From Lama glama (lineage: Eukaryota), in assembly GCA_028534125.1 (NCBI GenBank), contig CM052817.1, positions 41,108,001 through 41,172,000 on the forward strand: a stretch of DNA of 64,000 nt, written 5' to 3'. A program made the position numbers and the translations under genes. Below, one piece after another: positions 36,101 to 49,269 of this stretch (the stretch's first letter is position 1; every line of letters starts with the position of its first letter). The notes under the pieces were generated by a model. That model was not told the DNA's origin. It did not search any database and worked only from the letters and a program-made list of their open reading frames with translations.

Positions 36101-37444
36101 CTGCTGGAGAGACTTTGTGAAAAATTTATTTGGATGATCTCTTTTCTATTCCTAGTTGAAATATAATCAGTTTCCTGAGAGGACACAGGAGGATGCCAAA
36201 AAAAGTGTGACCCGACTTATAGTATGGGTCACTCTGGCTACAGTTAACCAAACTTTAGATTTTCATTTTCCAAAAGGCCCCTTTATAAATAGCAACCCTG
36301 CACAAGAGGGAAATAATGCGTGTGCAGGCAGCGTTAGGTTGCCCCTGTAAAGGCAGTTGCTTTACAAAGAACTTTAAAGGGGGACTGAACTGCAAAGAGA
36401 ACACCATGAGGTTACTCAGATCAGAATTGTATCCCTCAGAAGCCTTTCCATATATTCGGGTGTCCCAGTTTATCTTCTCTGGAAGGAGGAGGCTCAGTGC
36501 TCACCTCATCCATGAGGCAATGCATTTAATTTTAAGAACTTTAACAATCTCATTGAAGAGAGTTAAAGCAGTATTATTAAAGTTCAGTTTAATGCCAGAA
36601 TCACTGTACAGCCAAGGGTAGAGCTGAAATCACCACTGGCCACTAAATTAGGCCTGTTAAATTTTTCGTATAGGCAGTTAGGGTGCCTGGTAAAATAATG
36701 GCATCTGTTCTCTTTGGTGAACAGAGAGCAGGTTGCATAAAAGTTTATGGTCTGAAGAGTAGGGAGGTAATTAGTGGCGCGATGAACTCCCCAATTGTGT
36801 CTATGTTTTTAAAGGTCATTTCCTGGATTTTATGACCAATGGGGAATTGCATTTGGGCCCCCATAGAAACTTTGCTTTCACTATTATGCACATTTATTTC
36901 AGCCTACCTTACTTTAGGGTTGGCTCTTGTGTGTCTGACTTTTTGTGGGGGCTTATAATCTCCTTGTCTGGGGGTTTGGGTGGGGCAGGATCGTGCCTTA
37001 CTCATTATTTTTGTGCCCGAAGCACCAAGCATAATTCTTTCCGTATCTTAGCTACTTATTAAGAAGGAGAGGAAAGTGGTAGAGAAAGGAAGTGAAAGAA
37101 ATTCTCATTTTGTTTATCTGAGATCACTGTTTTCAAATTACCTGGGTTCGGGCTGCTTTTCATTATATGCCTTCTGAAACCTCTCTAACGAATAGCTTAG
37201 TGACAAAATTCAACTTTACCTTAAAAGACGTTTGCTTACAGAATAAATCCTAAAAGGCTCTATTCATTTGCAAAAGGCAGAAACTGCAATTTTTACACTA
37301 AGGACTTTCAAAGAGAATCACAGATAAGAGACATGTGGAGATTAAAACAAAATAGAAGAAAAGAGAGAGAGAGGGAGAGAGAGAAGGTTTTCACTCAAGC
37401 TTTGTGGCGTGGAAGTGGTTTCCTTCCGTTACTATACCGGTGAG

Positions 37445-38560
37445 AGTGGTCTTGCCAAGGTCAGTAGGAAAATCCTAATTGCTAAACCCAGAGTATGTTT
37501 CAGTTCTTCGCCAACTTGTCTCAGTTGACCTCTTCTCAAAAGTTGTTCCTCTCTTGGCTTTTATGAGAGCTTACTGTTCTAATTCTCATCTGACCTTCTC
37601 AGTCTTTTTCACTATTTCATCTTCTCTCAGTAATACCTCCAATTCTGTGTTCCCCATTGTTCCTTCCTGGTGCACTGAAGAAAATCAGCTCTCTCTCCTT
37701 GAGCAATGTACTTTTTTTTCTTGTTTCATTTGCTCAACGTGCTCGAAACTAAACTGGTTAACTTCTCTTTCCCATCTTCTGATTCCACTGCTCTGCAAAT
37801 GTTCTGTTCTTCTCTCAGTGAATGCTCTACCTTCTACCCAGCAATCCAAGCCAGATACCTGAGTGTCAGCCACGATTCTTCCCCCTCCCTCATCCATCCA
37901 GTCAGCCACCCAATTCAGATGGCTCTAAACACTTATGTCTCACCCTCTTCTTCCCTATCGTGATCGCTGTCACTCAGGCCCCCGTCATCTCTCACCTGGC
38001 TTCGGAGGAACCCTCTAAGTGGTTTCCCTAACTTCACTCTCATCTTCTTCTTTCAATACCTCATCAATATCAGTACAGCGTTATCCTTTCAAATTGCAAA
38101 TGTGATCAAGTTACTTACTTGACTAAGAGATGAGATGGCTTCCCACTGACTTCAGAGTTAGTCTGAGTCTCTCTAAATAGTAGAGTGAGGCGTGAGTGAT
38201 ATACTCCCCTGCCCCTGACCTCAGCTCCCATTACTCACCAACCCAAACCTGACACTCCACTCTCTACTTCATGACTCTGCCACTGTGCGTGCTGTTCCTT
38301 CTACTTCTTCCTGCCGAATACCCTCCTCTTTTGTAAAATTCACTTCTACTTCTCGTTTGCCCCTCCTACAATCTGTATTTTAACCTGAATTACAGCTGTA
38401 CTTTGTGTGTTTTCTATTACAGCAGTGCTCTCACTTGGTTGAAATTGCTTGCATCTCTGCCTCCTCTTAATGATGAAGCCCTTTTCTTATCTGGTCTTCC
38501 TCAAGGTGTGGCACAATGCATGGCTCATGCCAGGACTGGATGGTCCATAAACCTCGTGGG
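37445..38560 (+). mobile_element. L2 (degenerate ORF2 end to 3' terminus)
   Basis: 'tcttgccaaggtca...cctaattgctaaaccca', 'tcaacgtgctcgaaactaaact', 'atctctcacctgg', 'tttcaaattgcaaatgtgatca', 'tggcacaatgcatggctcatg'. Confidence 0.7.
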
Positions 38561-39649
38561 TGCCTATGAATACCTTGTCTATTCACTTCACTGCAACCCA
38601 GAATTCAGAACTCATTCAGACCCACAATCCAGAACTCATCTCTCCACTCACACATTTTAGGATTTCCTTGGCCAGTGTACCTGACTCTAAACTTTCATTA
38701 ATGAGGAAAGTTAACAGTCCTCACAGTTGATTAATACCTGTTATTATGCTGAAGCTCATCATAACAAAGGAAAGATTTTCATCAGTTGGAGACCATAAAG
38801 ACAGCCCCTGGCCTATGTGAATTCCATCCTATTAACTGATAGCAATGAGATCACTGAGGAGATAGGCATATTACCCTGGTCAGGTAAATCTGCCAGATCT
38901 CTTTTATTAAATAGAATTGCAGTGGGAGTTAGAAGCGCCTGCTCTGCCTTTAGAAGGTGAGAGTGATCATGGTCAGTGTTTCCAGACGCTGTCTGTACAA
39001 AGAGGAGGAAAAATGGTTACTGGCTCCAGCTTGGACTTTGGATAGCAGGTCAGTCACGAGAGAAAGTTTGGCCTTTTGTACCTTGAAAATATCTGACCTG
39101 TTTAAAATTGGACATTCTGATAGAGAAATGCCAAGTGTGAAAAGATGAGAGCTTTGGACATACCAATTTAAGTGTCCCACAGAGAGGAGTTAGTAGCACT
39201 AAAATTTACCCTCTTTTGTTCTAGTTAATAAGGTAATCATAAAAATAAAATTCAGTGGTATACTTCTTTAAGAGGCGAAGAGATAACAAAAAAAAAATCA
39301 AGAATCCTCACACAATTTCATTTCAGCATGGACCAACTCTTACTATAGAAAAATATACACCTATAATTATATAACCAAAAAGTGTTCATTAAATGCAGTA
39401 GACAGACATCACTGGATCATAGTGCTAGGTATTCTGGGAGATACTAAGGAAGTTATCCTGTCTTAAGGGGTACAGAATGACTCACTCAGCATTGGAGGGT
39501 AATTTAAATGTCAGCTAGCCCAACTTCTCACCTAGTGTTAAAATCTATCCTCCAAGTATCTGCCAAACCTCCTCTGAATATCTCCAGTTAGAGGGAGCTT
39601 TCCACCTCCTGAGGCAGTTCATGTCATATTTAAATAGCTCTTACTATTA

Positions 39650-39870
39650 ATGATAATAAATAAAATTTATTGAGTGCTTACAGTGTGCCAGACACAGGGC
39701 TAAGCATTTTATCTTCAAAAATCCTATTTAATCTTTACTACAACCTTGGAAAGTGGTACTGTTATTATTTCCATTTTACAGGTGATAGGGAGGGGGGGAA
39801 TGGGCACCTCCCCAGCATCACACAGCTGGTAAGTAGAAGACCCACTTTGACTGTTGGGTCTGCATTCTTC
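39650..39870 (-). mobile_element. MIR SINE
   Basis: 'atttattgagtgcttacagtgtgccagacac.gggctaagcatttta...ccattttacaggtga...cccagcatcacacagctggtaagt'. Confidence 0.85.
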
Positions 39871-39965
39871 AACAGTATACACATGCAGCCTCTCTCACTC
39901 AGCTTCTTCCCTGTGTTGACCTGAAACCTACCTTCTTATATCTTCTATTCATGGGTCCCAGTTCT

Positions 39966-40223
39966 TTTTTTTTTTTTTTTGTATTGTGTCCTGTTTTTTA
40001 ATTCTTATTTTTTATTGAAGTGTAGTCAATTTGCAATATTAGTTTCAGGTATACAGCAAAGCGATTCAGTTATACTCATTCAGTTACATTCAGTTATATA
40101 TGTATGTATTTTCAGATTCCTTTCCATTACAGCTCATTGCAAGAAACTGAATATAGTTCCCTGTGTGGTACAGTATGTTTTTGTTATTTATCTCTTTTAT
40201 ATATATAGTGATTAACAGATACA
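39966..40223 (-). mobile_element. Short 5'-truncated cetartiodactyl L1 3' end with TSD
   Basis: Poly(T), then 'ttattgaagtgtagtcaattt.caatattagtttcaggtatacagcaaagcgattcagtt'. TSD CATGGGTCCCAGTTCT (39950-39965) / CATGGGTCCTAATTCT (40224-40239). Confidence 0.9.
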
Positions 40224-40744
40224 CATGGGTCCTAATTCTTAATGAAATAACACTAAACATGTCCAGTCTCTTGCCACATGATAGCTCTTCAAATAGTTGA
40301 AGACAGTTATCTTATCCACTTTACTCTCTCAGTCTTTCTACTGGATACATAATTGCATTGCCTTCTATTTTTCCTTGTGTGAGATGGTTTCTAGGCACTT
40401 CAGCATCGTGGTCACAGTTCTCTGGACAAACCCCACTTCAGCATCTTATACTTGTAACACAGCATAAAATCATATTAGCTTTGTTTTAAGAGTGGAAACC
40501 CAAGGTTGAGTCATGTGCTTGTGCTCAACCAAAGCCCCTGAGTGTTTTGTGTGTATGTTGGTAAGCTATATAGCTCTGCTATCCTGTATTCACACAGTTG
40601 GGTTTTTGAACTTGAATTCAGAGCTTTCTACTTAACTTAATTATATTTTATCTCCATAGTATAGTTTATTGTCTTAGAATGCTAAACTCTTTTAGGATCA
40701 AGATTCTGCCATCTAAAAATTTTTACCCTTTGTTTTCATTGTTT

Positions 40745-41236
40745 GCCATGTACGAAGCCATCCCCAACTTGGTGGATTCAAATAACAATTTGGCTTCTAA
40801 TTCTGCATGTCTGAACTTAGACTGGGCTCAGCTCAGTGGTTCTTTTGGATTTGACTGGGCTGATTCATTCATCTGTGATCAGCTGCTGGATCAGCTGGGG
40901 GCTGGTGGGTCTAGAAGAACCTCAGCTGGGATGGGTAGTCTCTGCTCTACATGGTTTCTCATCCTCCAACAGGCTAGACTTGTCCACATGTCAGAAGAGG
41001 GGTCCCAAGAAAGCAAATGAAACCAAGAGAGTTCCCATGTGTCCTAAGCTCAGGACAGAGATGCCATCATTCTCCCTGTGTTCTATTGGCCAAAACAATT
41101 CCAAGGTCAGAACCTTCAAAGGCTGGAGGAATAGACACCATCTCTTGATGAGAGGAGCTTCAAAGTCACTTTACAAAGAGTCTAGATAGGAAAGGAGAAC
41201 ATGACAATTGTGTCCATTTTTAAAAATTGACCACAC
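40745..41236 (-). mobile_element. MaLR solo LTR (MLT1H-like)
   Basis: 'ctgggctcagct', 'tctcatcctccaacaggctag', 'ttctattggccaaaaca', 'tagacaccatctcttgatgagaggagcttcaaagtcac', terminal 'accaca'. Confidence 0.85.
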
Positions 41237-41439
41237 TCTTAGGGTCATGCCGTTTGTGGATTTAATAAGCCCATCATCAAAATGATCCTTTAAAATTCAG
41301 AGGAGTTGTATTTTAATAAGATCTAAAAATAAAGTCCTATGTAAACACACTATTTTTGCTCATACAATCTAGTTAGGCAACCAAAATAAATACACTGTAA
41401 ACAGTAAAAAAAAAAACGTACGTGCTAAACTATACCATT

Positions 41440-41830
41440 CTGTTTGTACAGAGGCATATTTAAGGATAAAGAAATCTACAAGGGCCATGAGGAGCATGCT
41501 TGTAGATAAGTTTAAACTTGATATGTGTATATTTTTAAAAGGCTAGAATCTATACTGGTAGAGAGAAATTATAAAAGTGTTTGTATTGGGGATTAGCAGA
41601 AGCACAGCAGGCTCAGAGAACAGACTGGTGTGAGGATATTGAAGACTACTCTGCAGAATGGGAGCCAGGAGAAGGGCGGTTAGGTGATGGGGGATCTGCA
41701 ATGCAAGAACTTGAAACTAGGAATTTTTGTTTGATTTTGTAAGCAGTTGGACACTATGGATGGTTCTTGAACAAAAGCTAAAGTGATGACAATTTCTGCA
41801 CAATTAGCCTAGCATTAGTTTGAATGACAC
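41440..41830 (-). mobile_element. Degenerate L2 fragment
   Basis: 'gaatttttgtttgattttgtaagcagttggacactatggatggttcttgaaca'. Confidence 0.45.
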
Positions 41831-42329
41831 ATTTTTGTAGTCAGGGAAACACTGAGAAAAACCTTACAGCTTTTTTTATTCCTGATTAAAATCAAGTACC
41901 TAATACCATTTTTCCTATGATGGTAAAAAAAATATGACTTAAATAATTATCCTGCCAATACGTTTCATTTCTGCCAGTTTAAGGAGAAGACAGAAAGAAG
42001 CGAATCAGTTCTTTCACTTAAAGTAAAGAGGAAGTATAATTTTGCATCTGCTTCAATCTGAGTCATCCTATCACGTGTGGAGATTTTTCAAGGTTATTTC
42101 CCTCAATGGCAAAATGATAATTTGTAGAAATTAAATGCTGATGTTTTGAAAATTCAAAAACTTAGTGATTGAAGAAAATTCTGAGTACTCACATATGCCT
42201 TGGCTTTCCTTTCTGGTGTAGACGCGCTACTTACCATAAGAGAATGTAACAGTGCTCCAACGTTCTCAGATGTTCTTAGTCTGAGTCCTCTATAGGGTCT
42301 CTGCAAATAATGAAATCTGTCTCTCATCA

Positions 42330-43810
42330 GTGTTCCAATGGCAGAACAACCAGAGTGTTGGAAAAATTATTGAATGTTTGGAAGACAGTATGAGACCCCC
42401 TTAGGAAAAGCATGATAGCCAGTCAGAAATTCCACTGCTAGGTACATAGTGTAATAAAGGCCATCTTGACTACTTGTCTGAAGACCTTTCTGAAATACAT
42501 CCTTTCTAGAAGAAATCAATTTAAATCCTCATTTCCCTTGCACACTGAAGTGAATTCCAGATTGATCCAAGACTTGAATATTTAAATACACACACAGTAA
42601 AGTCCTGGGGAAATATTTAATGATCTGATATTGTAATAGATTCTCCTTAAGCTTAAAAGTATTGGAACCCTAGTGCATTAATGGATCTAGGAAACAAATA
42701 TCAATGACCATTAAAAATGTTAGCTCAAACGCTGATTAGAAATTTTATAAAGGATAGATCAGGCTGACAATCCTTGCAACCAGTAGTTAATTTTAACATT
42801 GCTAAATGTGGGATAGTACTCACATATTATATGTCCCATGACATGATGCGAAGGCAGGTTCACAGCACCTCCCATGAAGTATTCTGCCCTCCAAACTTAA
42901 ACTGAAGTTTACCAAATCTGTAGATCCAACTATCACTTGGTAGAAAATTCAAGGGACGAAGAAATGTGGTAAATGACATCACAAGAATACAGTCATCCAA
43001 ATCCAGAAAATGGGATATTCCTTTGGACAGATGATGACCCAGTTTCTTCAACAAATACATGGCATGGAACCTGAAAGGGAGGGGAAACCTCCGTGACGTA
43101 TCAGCCACGTACAGCACGTGGACCTATTTGAATTTGGACTCAAAAGTCCGATTCTGAAGTGACATTTTTTTTAATTAGAGAAAACTGAGCCTGACTGGAT
43201 ATTAGATATTAAGGAATTATTATCAGTGTTGAGTGTGTTGGTTGTCATTTGAAAAGTTCTTATCAGCTAGAGGTATATTCTGAAGTACTTACATGTGACA
43301 TGATATTATGTCTGAGGTTTACTTTAAAATACTTCAGCAAAAGAACAGTGAGGGGAAGGGAGCTGATAGATAAAACAAGAACTGCAGAATGTTGACAGTT
43401 ACTGTGCTGAGTAATGAATACCTTGTGTTCATTATAATATTCACTTTACTTTTGTTTATGTTTGGAAATGTCTGTTTAGATTACTTGATAGTTGTTGGAA
43501 AAATCATGAAGGCAAAGGTTAATATAATCTACTATATAAACAAAATAAAGAATTTCTATGCCTTAAACAACAGACTGGGGAATATATTTGTTACAAATAT
43601 GGCAGACAAAGAGTTAACATTCATTTTAATACATTTATATGTATATGTGTGTGTATACACACACACACATATACACACACACATGTACTGATAGGGCAAA
43701 TACTAAGAACCCAACAGCTAAAGGATATAAACATAGAAATCAAAAGGGGAAATGCAAATTGCTTAAAATATCCCTTTGGAAATAATCATGAAAAAAGCAA
43801 GTTGAAAATT
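42330..43810 (+). mobile_element. Cluster of old L1 (L1ME/L1MC) fragments
   Basis: 'aaatccagaaaatgggatattcc...tttcttcaacaaata', 'ttagatattaaggaattatt', 'gaggtatattctgaagtactta...tactttaaaatacttcag', 'gactggggaatatatttg...gacaaagagttaa'. Confidence 0.7.
43635..43686. repeat. (TA)/(TG)/(CA) compound microsatellite
   Basis: Directly visible. Confidence 0.85.
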
Positions 43811-45429
43811 TTTGAACTGCTAAAATGAGTGATTCTCTAGAACATATATGCCTTTTATGTCCTGGAAAACAATCATTTCCTATGATCAATAGAGACATTT
43901 TTTAAAATAGTAGCAGCCTTTTTATTAAATGCCAAAAAAGTGTCATGTGTTGTACAGTAAGGACTATTTTTGGAAAGTCTTTCTAACACTTCTCCAGTGC
44001 TGATAAAATCCTGGCCAAGAATCCCTGCTGGGCCTGAAGAAGGAGTGCTTGGAAAAAATGAACTGAGGGGGAGGGTTGAGCAAGGGTGCTTCTAGGGGTG
44101 TTGACAATGTTGTTAATTTGGTTGATAGCCATATGGGTGTTCCTTTATAACTATTTCTTAATAGTGATTTCTTATTTGTACATACAAATTTCATTCCCTT
44201 TAAAATAAATGCATTATATTTTATAATAACTTCTTTAAAGTAAATTCCAAAAAGTATAGTCACCCACATGCCTTGAGTTCCCTTATGTGCTGGATGTCCT
44301 GAAATCACTCTGATTGAGCAGAGGAGCATGACTGCCTTGGAATGGAGTGGGTGTGAGTTTCTATAATGGTAGAAGCTGTTTCCCAAGAGGAACTCAACTC
44401 ATGTTTGGCTGTAGGGGTTCCCCAGAGGCATTGTTGGCTGTTGGATGAGTGTTCAGCTCTGGAACTACCCTAAAATTAGAATACTGCAGGAAAACCCAAG
44501 AATCCCCTGAGACTGTTTTTTCTTTTTAAAATCCCAGCCATATGGGATGTGTTTAATGACCAGAAGTGATCTGTGTATATTATACATAACGATACTGGCA
44601 TCAGGACTTTCTAAGAATGGGCAGACTCTAAGATGGTTTTCTAATTGTGAAGATGGATTTATTGTTAATTATTTTAATCCTCTTACCTAATTCTTCCAGG
44701 TGACTAACATGTGTTTGCAAGATGGAGGGCAAGGGTAAAGGAGTGGATGATTTGGTTAAGCTATGATCTTAAAATTAACCAGGTTGATTCTCCAACATTT
44801 GCGTTCAGCTTTAAGATGCTGTGCACGATTTGTAATTGATGTATCCAGGCTTGTGTGGTAAGCAATTGTATCTGGTCAATATCAAATCCTATTATTAGCA
44901 TCAGGTACCCAACAATGATTTCCCATGGTCATGCACGGAAAAAAAAAAAGATGAATGATAAAACAACCCCAAAATATCAAAGAAAATTGTGACTGTTTGT
45001 TGATAAAACTGTGGAGGTAATTTGTTAGAAAGTGATTTTTTTAAAAAAACCTCTTGTGTCAGACAAATGGGAAAATATAAATACAATAATAATTCACCTT
45101 TAATGGCTTCTAATAATTCATTGCCTTCTTAATCATTTAGAACAAGGAACTAAGACTTTTCCTGAAACCATACAACTTAGTTATACACTATAATTTTCTC
45201 TCCCCAGTTCTCTCTAACTTTGTCAAGTTACCTGGGACCTGAATATTATACTCTATCCTCAAGAAAGTCTCTCCCAGGGACAAGAGATTTCGTCTTTAAG
45301 TTTCATCCGTTAATTTGAAATATCAATTAATGACAAATAGTAATTGCCTTTAACTTGATTATTTACAATAGAATTTGGATATCTTTTCTTGGTTCTTAAA
45401 AAAAAAAACTCTTCTTCTGATTATGGAAG

Positions 45430-46780
45430 TAATATTCTCTTGTTCTTCCTCATTATGGGTAATTTGGAAATTCAGGGAAGGTTAGAAGGAAACAAAAATT
45501 CCCTCAATCCAAAGATAACCACAGGTAACATTTTGGTGTATTTTCTTCCTACTTATGCATACATTTGTGTTATATAACTCAGATTATTCAACATACACAG
45601 TATTCAGTCAGCTTTAACTTTACATTATTGCATGAGCATTTATAACATCATTACATAGATTTTTATTTTTTATTTAACATTTTTTATTGATTTATAATCA
45701 TTTTACAATGTTGTGTCAAATTCCACTGTAGAGCACAATTTTTCAGTTATACATGAACATATATATATTCATTGTCACGTTTTTTTCTCTGTGAGCTACC
45801 ATAAGATCTTGTATATATTTTCCCCTGTGCTATACAGTATAATCTTGTTTATCTATTCTACAATTTTGAAATCCCAGTCTATCTCTTCCCACCCCCCGCT
45901 CCCTTGGCAACCACAAGTTTGTATTCTATGTCTATGAGTCTGTTTCTGTTTTGTATTTATGTTTTGTTTGTTTGTTTGTTTGTTTTTTAGAGTCCACATG
46001 TGAGCGATCTCATATGGTATTTTTCTTTCTCTTTCTGGCTTACTTCACTTAGAATGACATTCTCCAGGAGCATCCATGTTGCTGCAAACGGCATTATGTT
46101 GTTGGTTTTTATGGCTGAATAATATTCCATTGTATAAATATACCACATCTTCTTTATCCAGTATCTGTTGATGGACATTTAGGCTGTTTCCATGTCTTGG
46201 CTATTGTAAATAGTGCTGCTATGAACATTGGGGTGCATGTGTCATTTTGAAGTTATTACATAGATTTTTAAATCTTTATTTTAATAAATAATATTTGAGT
46301 GTATCATTAGAGCTTAAATTATTTTTACCAACAAGCCAACTCTGATCATTCTGGTTGTTTCTAGCTTTTGTCATTATAACTAATGCTAAAATAAATAATG
46401 AACATACTTATCCATAGATCTGTGTATGTTTCTCTGTTATTTCTTCATAATTATTCCTAGAAATGGCAAAAGTTAGAAACTTTTAAAATTACACAATGTG
46501 TACTACATAGTTGCATTTCAAACATATTGTTCAGTCTATATTTCTACCAGCATTATGTAAGAATGTCAGTCTCACCATACCTCTATCAGCATTGACTGTT
46601 ACAATTTTTAATCTTTGCTAAGTTAAATCATGGTATGTTTTCATTTGCTATTGTTTACTAGTGGGGTTGATTTTTTTTCCTGTATCTGTGTGTTTTTTAT
46701 ATTTCTGCTTCTATATAATGGATGTTCTCTTGGAATTTTTAGTATTTTTATAGTGACTTTTTTTATATGTGTAACTAGAT
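45430..46780 (-). mobile_element. Old L1ME-type fragment hosting a young L1
   Basis: 'aagataaccacaggtaacattttggtgtatttt' upstream and 'ggttgtttctagcttttgtcattataactaatgct', 'ttctaccagcattatgtaagaatg' downstream of the young insert. Confidence 0.65.
45666..46254 (-). mobile_element. Young lineage-specific L1 3' end with perfect 16-bp TSD
   Basis: ORF2 C-terminus 'WIKKMWYIYTMEYYSAIKTNNIMPFAATWMLLENVILSEVSQKEKEKYHMRSL'. TSD ATTACATAGATTTTTA at 45650-45665 and 46255-46270. Confidence 0.95.
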
Positions 46781-47904
46781 AAAAGGAAGCTGTGTTAAAC
46801 CATGAATGTTTGTCATCCTCCCACCTTCCCCCCCCCCCTCTTTTCCAGTCCCTTTTTCTCTACTCATAAGAAGGAGTGTTGAACCTTTAGCTCTGCTAAT
46901 TGGAGTGAGGTGTGGTTGGGAGAACACAGGCTAAACTTATGTACATAAGAAAAGGCATGGAAATGTATTTTTTAAATGTGGAGACATGGAGATAACTGAT
47001 TGGGGGGAAAAGTTATGAAAACAGCAAGAATTTAGAGACATTTGGCAAGAGAGAGAAAAGAAAAAAAGTCCAGAATGGGCTACAGTTTTGGAAAAGGATG
47101 ATGAGGAAGATGAGAATCTACTCTGATTGATGAGGCTTTGATGAGAAGGCTAAGCAAATAGTCTTTAGTCTATTTCCCTGTGTTTTATGCAGTGAAAGCT
47201 TATGTTTGCTGCTACCCCTGCCCCTCAAAGCCAAATAAAACCATCTTCAATAGAGTATATACATTACTCTTCAAGGTCGTGGAATTAGACTTGTGTTTCT
47301 TTTGGATGTGTCACTGGGCTAGAAGGGGCCTTAAGAGAGGATAAGATAGCCCAGGTTTGCTATTAAGGTTAAACTCACATAATAAATATAAATAATCTTA
47401 TCATATTCTTGAACAAATATTTTCCCCTACTGGCTGTTTAATTTTATTTGTGAGAATTTGCATAGACATTCTAGAAGGTAGAAATAGCAACTTAAAAAAC
47501 TGGGGCTGAAAAACAGATCTCTCCTATCTGGGAAAGATACTGAACTTCTTAAAAAAAATTAATTCTAATGTTTTATTAGTTGATTCTCCTGGGGCTTTCT
47601 AAGCAGATTTATACTATCTGCAACTAGAAATAAAATATCAGAAAGGAGATAAAATCAATTTTGCTTCTTATATTTTGATTGGAAGATTTTCCAGGAATAT
47701 TTTTACATAATGTTGTAAAACAATAGCCAAGTCACAGCTCAGTCTGAAACACCAGAGGCATTACTGTTTAATTCAGAAACAAGTCAAGAATATCCATTAA
47801 CCACATTACAAACATTATTTAATCTTCTCATCAACTTAGTATAGAAGGCATTATTGATACAGAATACATTTAACCTTGATGAAATATACAGTACATCAAT
47901 TTGC

Positions 47905-47990
47905 CATGCTATAGATGAGGAAACTAAAATGCAGAATGGTGAGGAACTTGACCAGGGTCACATAGATAGGATTTGAACCCAAGTCTGTGA
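47905..47990 (-). mobile_element. MIR core fragment
   Basis: 'atagatgaggaaact...acttgaccagggtcaca...ggatttgaacccaagtctg'. Confidence 0.7.
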
Positions 47991-49269
47991 TACGTCAGTC
48001 TGTCCTGTTCACTAGACCTTTTTGCTTACTTGACCTTCCAGCAAAAGGAAATCACTTTGCTTGTAAATTGCTTAAAATTTAATAACACACTTTTATACAC
48101 TTCATCTCACACTTTCTCTGAACGAAACTTTAAATGGGCCCATGATCGTTTCTAAATAATACTAAATAAACACAGAAACCCTGTCTCTTACTTCATAGTT
48201 GATTTGGCTACATCAACCATTCCCTGAAAAAAGATAAGGCAGATCACCCAAAGAAAGGCTACTTCGTATCCAGAGATGCCCCTGCTGCTCTAATTACACC
48301 TGTGGGTTTTCTCTTTCACATGTATTTGAGAATACTGAATTGGTGTAATTTTGTGACAACATTGGTGTAAGTTTGGGGGTTTAGGAAAAAACCCATCGAG
48401 ATAGAATATCCTATTATGCTGGGAAGGAGAGCTACAGGAGAAATTTCAAGTTACTGTGTTGATAAAATTTGTATAAGGGAAGGTGATAAACTTTTTTCCC
48501 AAACAAGTTCCAAACCCACAAAGAGCAGCACTTGATACTGTATCTTGAAACAGAGAATGGAGCACAGATTCCTCATACGAGATTTTACCAAGCATTGGTG
48601 CCAGTCTATGAGCTGGTAACTGTTTCTGTTCTTACAAAGGACAATCATGACATTTTATATTCTTTCAGTCTTTGCATTAGAAAGAGAATGCAGATTTAGG
48701 GTTTAGGTGCACGTGTTCATTCTGTGTGCCTAACCTGCTCATCTGGCCTTTATCCCAGATTTTCCTGTCCTATGACTAAGTTCAGGTTAGGGTGGAGCTC
48801 TCCCTGCCTTATTATGAGTTCCAATGGCATGGGGAAGCTGGAAAAATACCCACTGAGCCCTCATAAAAACGTCTGTAATCAGTTCAGTTAGGAAAACAGT
48901 ACTCAAGGGATTGTTGAAGGCAGGCTAGACTTCTCCACACTAAATTCTACTCTCTGAACTGGTGTGTGTGTGGTAGTGTGTGTGCTGCTACATCTGGTAG
49001 GTAAAAAAGATTCATGAAAGAACATTGGAGATCTTCTGAATCATTTGGGCAACCACAGGTCTTAGATTTCTTAATACTCAAGGAATAATTTTAATAGCAT
49101 TAAAAGTAGTCAACTTCATTGTCATTCAGGTTTCTTATACAGTGTATTCATACTATGAAATATTACTTAGCCATTAAAATCTGTGTGTTTAAAGCATATG
49201 TAGTAACTTGGGGAAATATTTCAAATAGTCAATTAAAGAATGTCAATTCAAATTTAAATTGTTTTGAGG

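Larger units (their letters stand above)
39470..40720 (-). mobile_element. L3/CR1 fragment interrupted by a MIR and an L1
   Basis: 'ctgaatatctccagttagagggagctttccacctcctgaggcag...atagctcttactatt' continues after the MIR as 'ttcttccctgtgttgacctgaaa' and after the L1 as 'ccacatgatagctcttcaaatagttgaagacag'. Confidence 0.7.
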
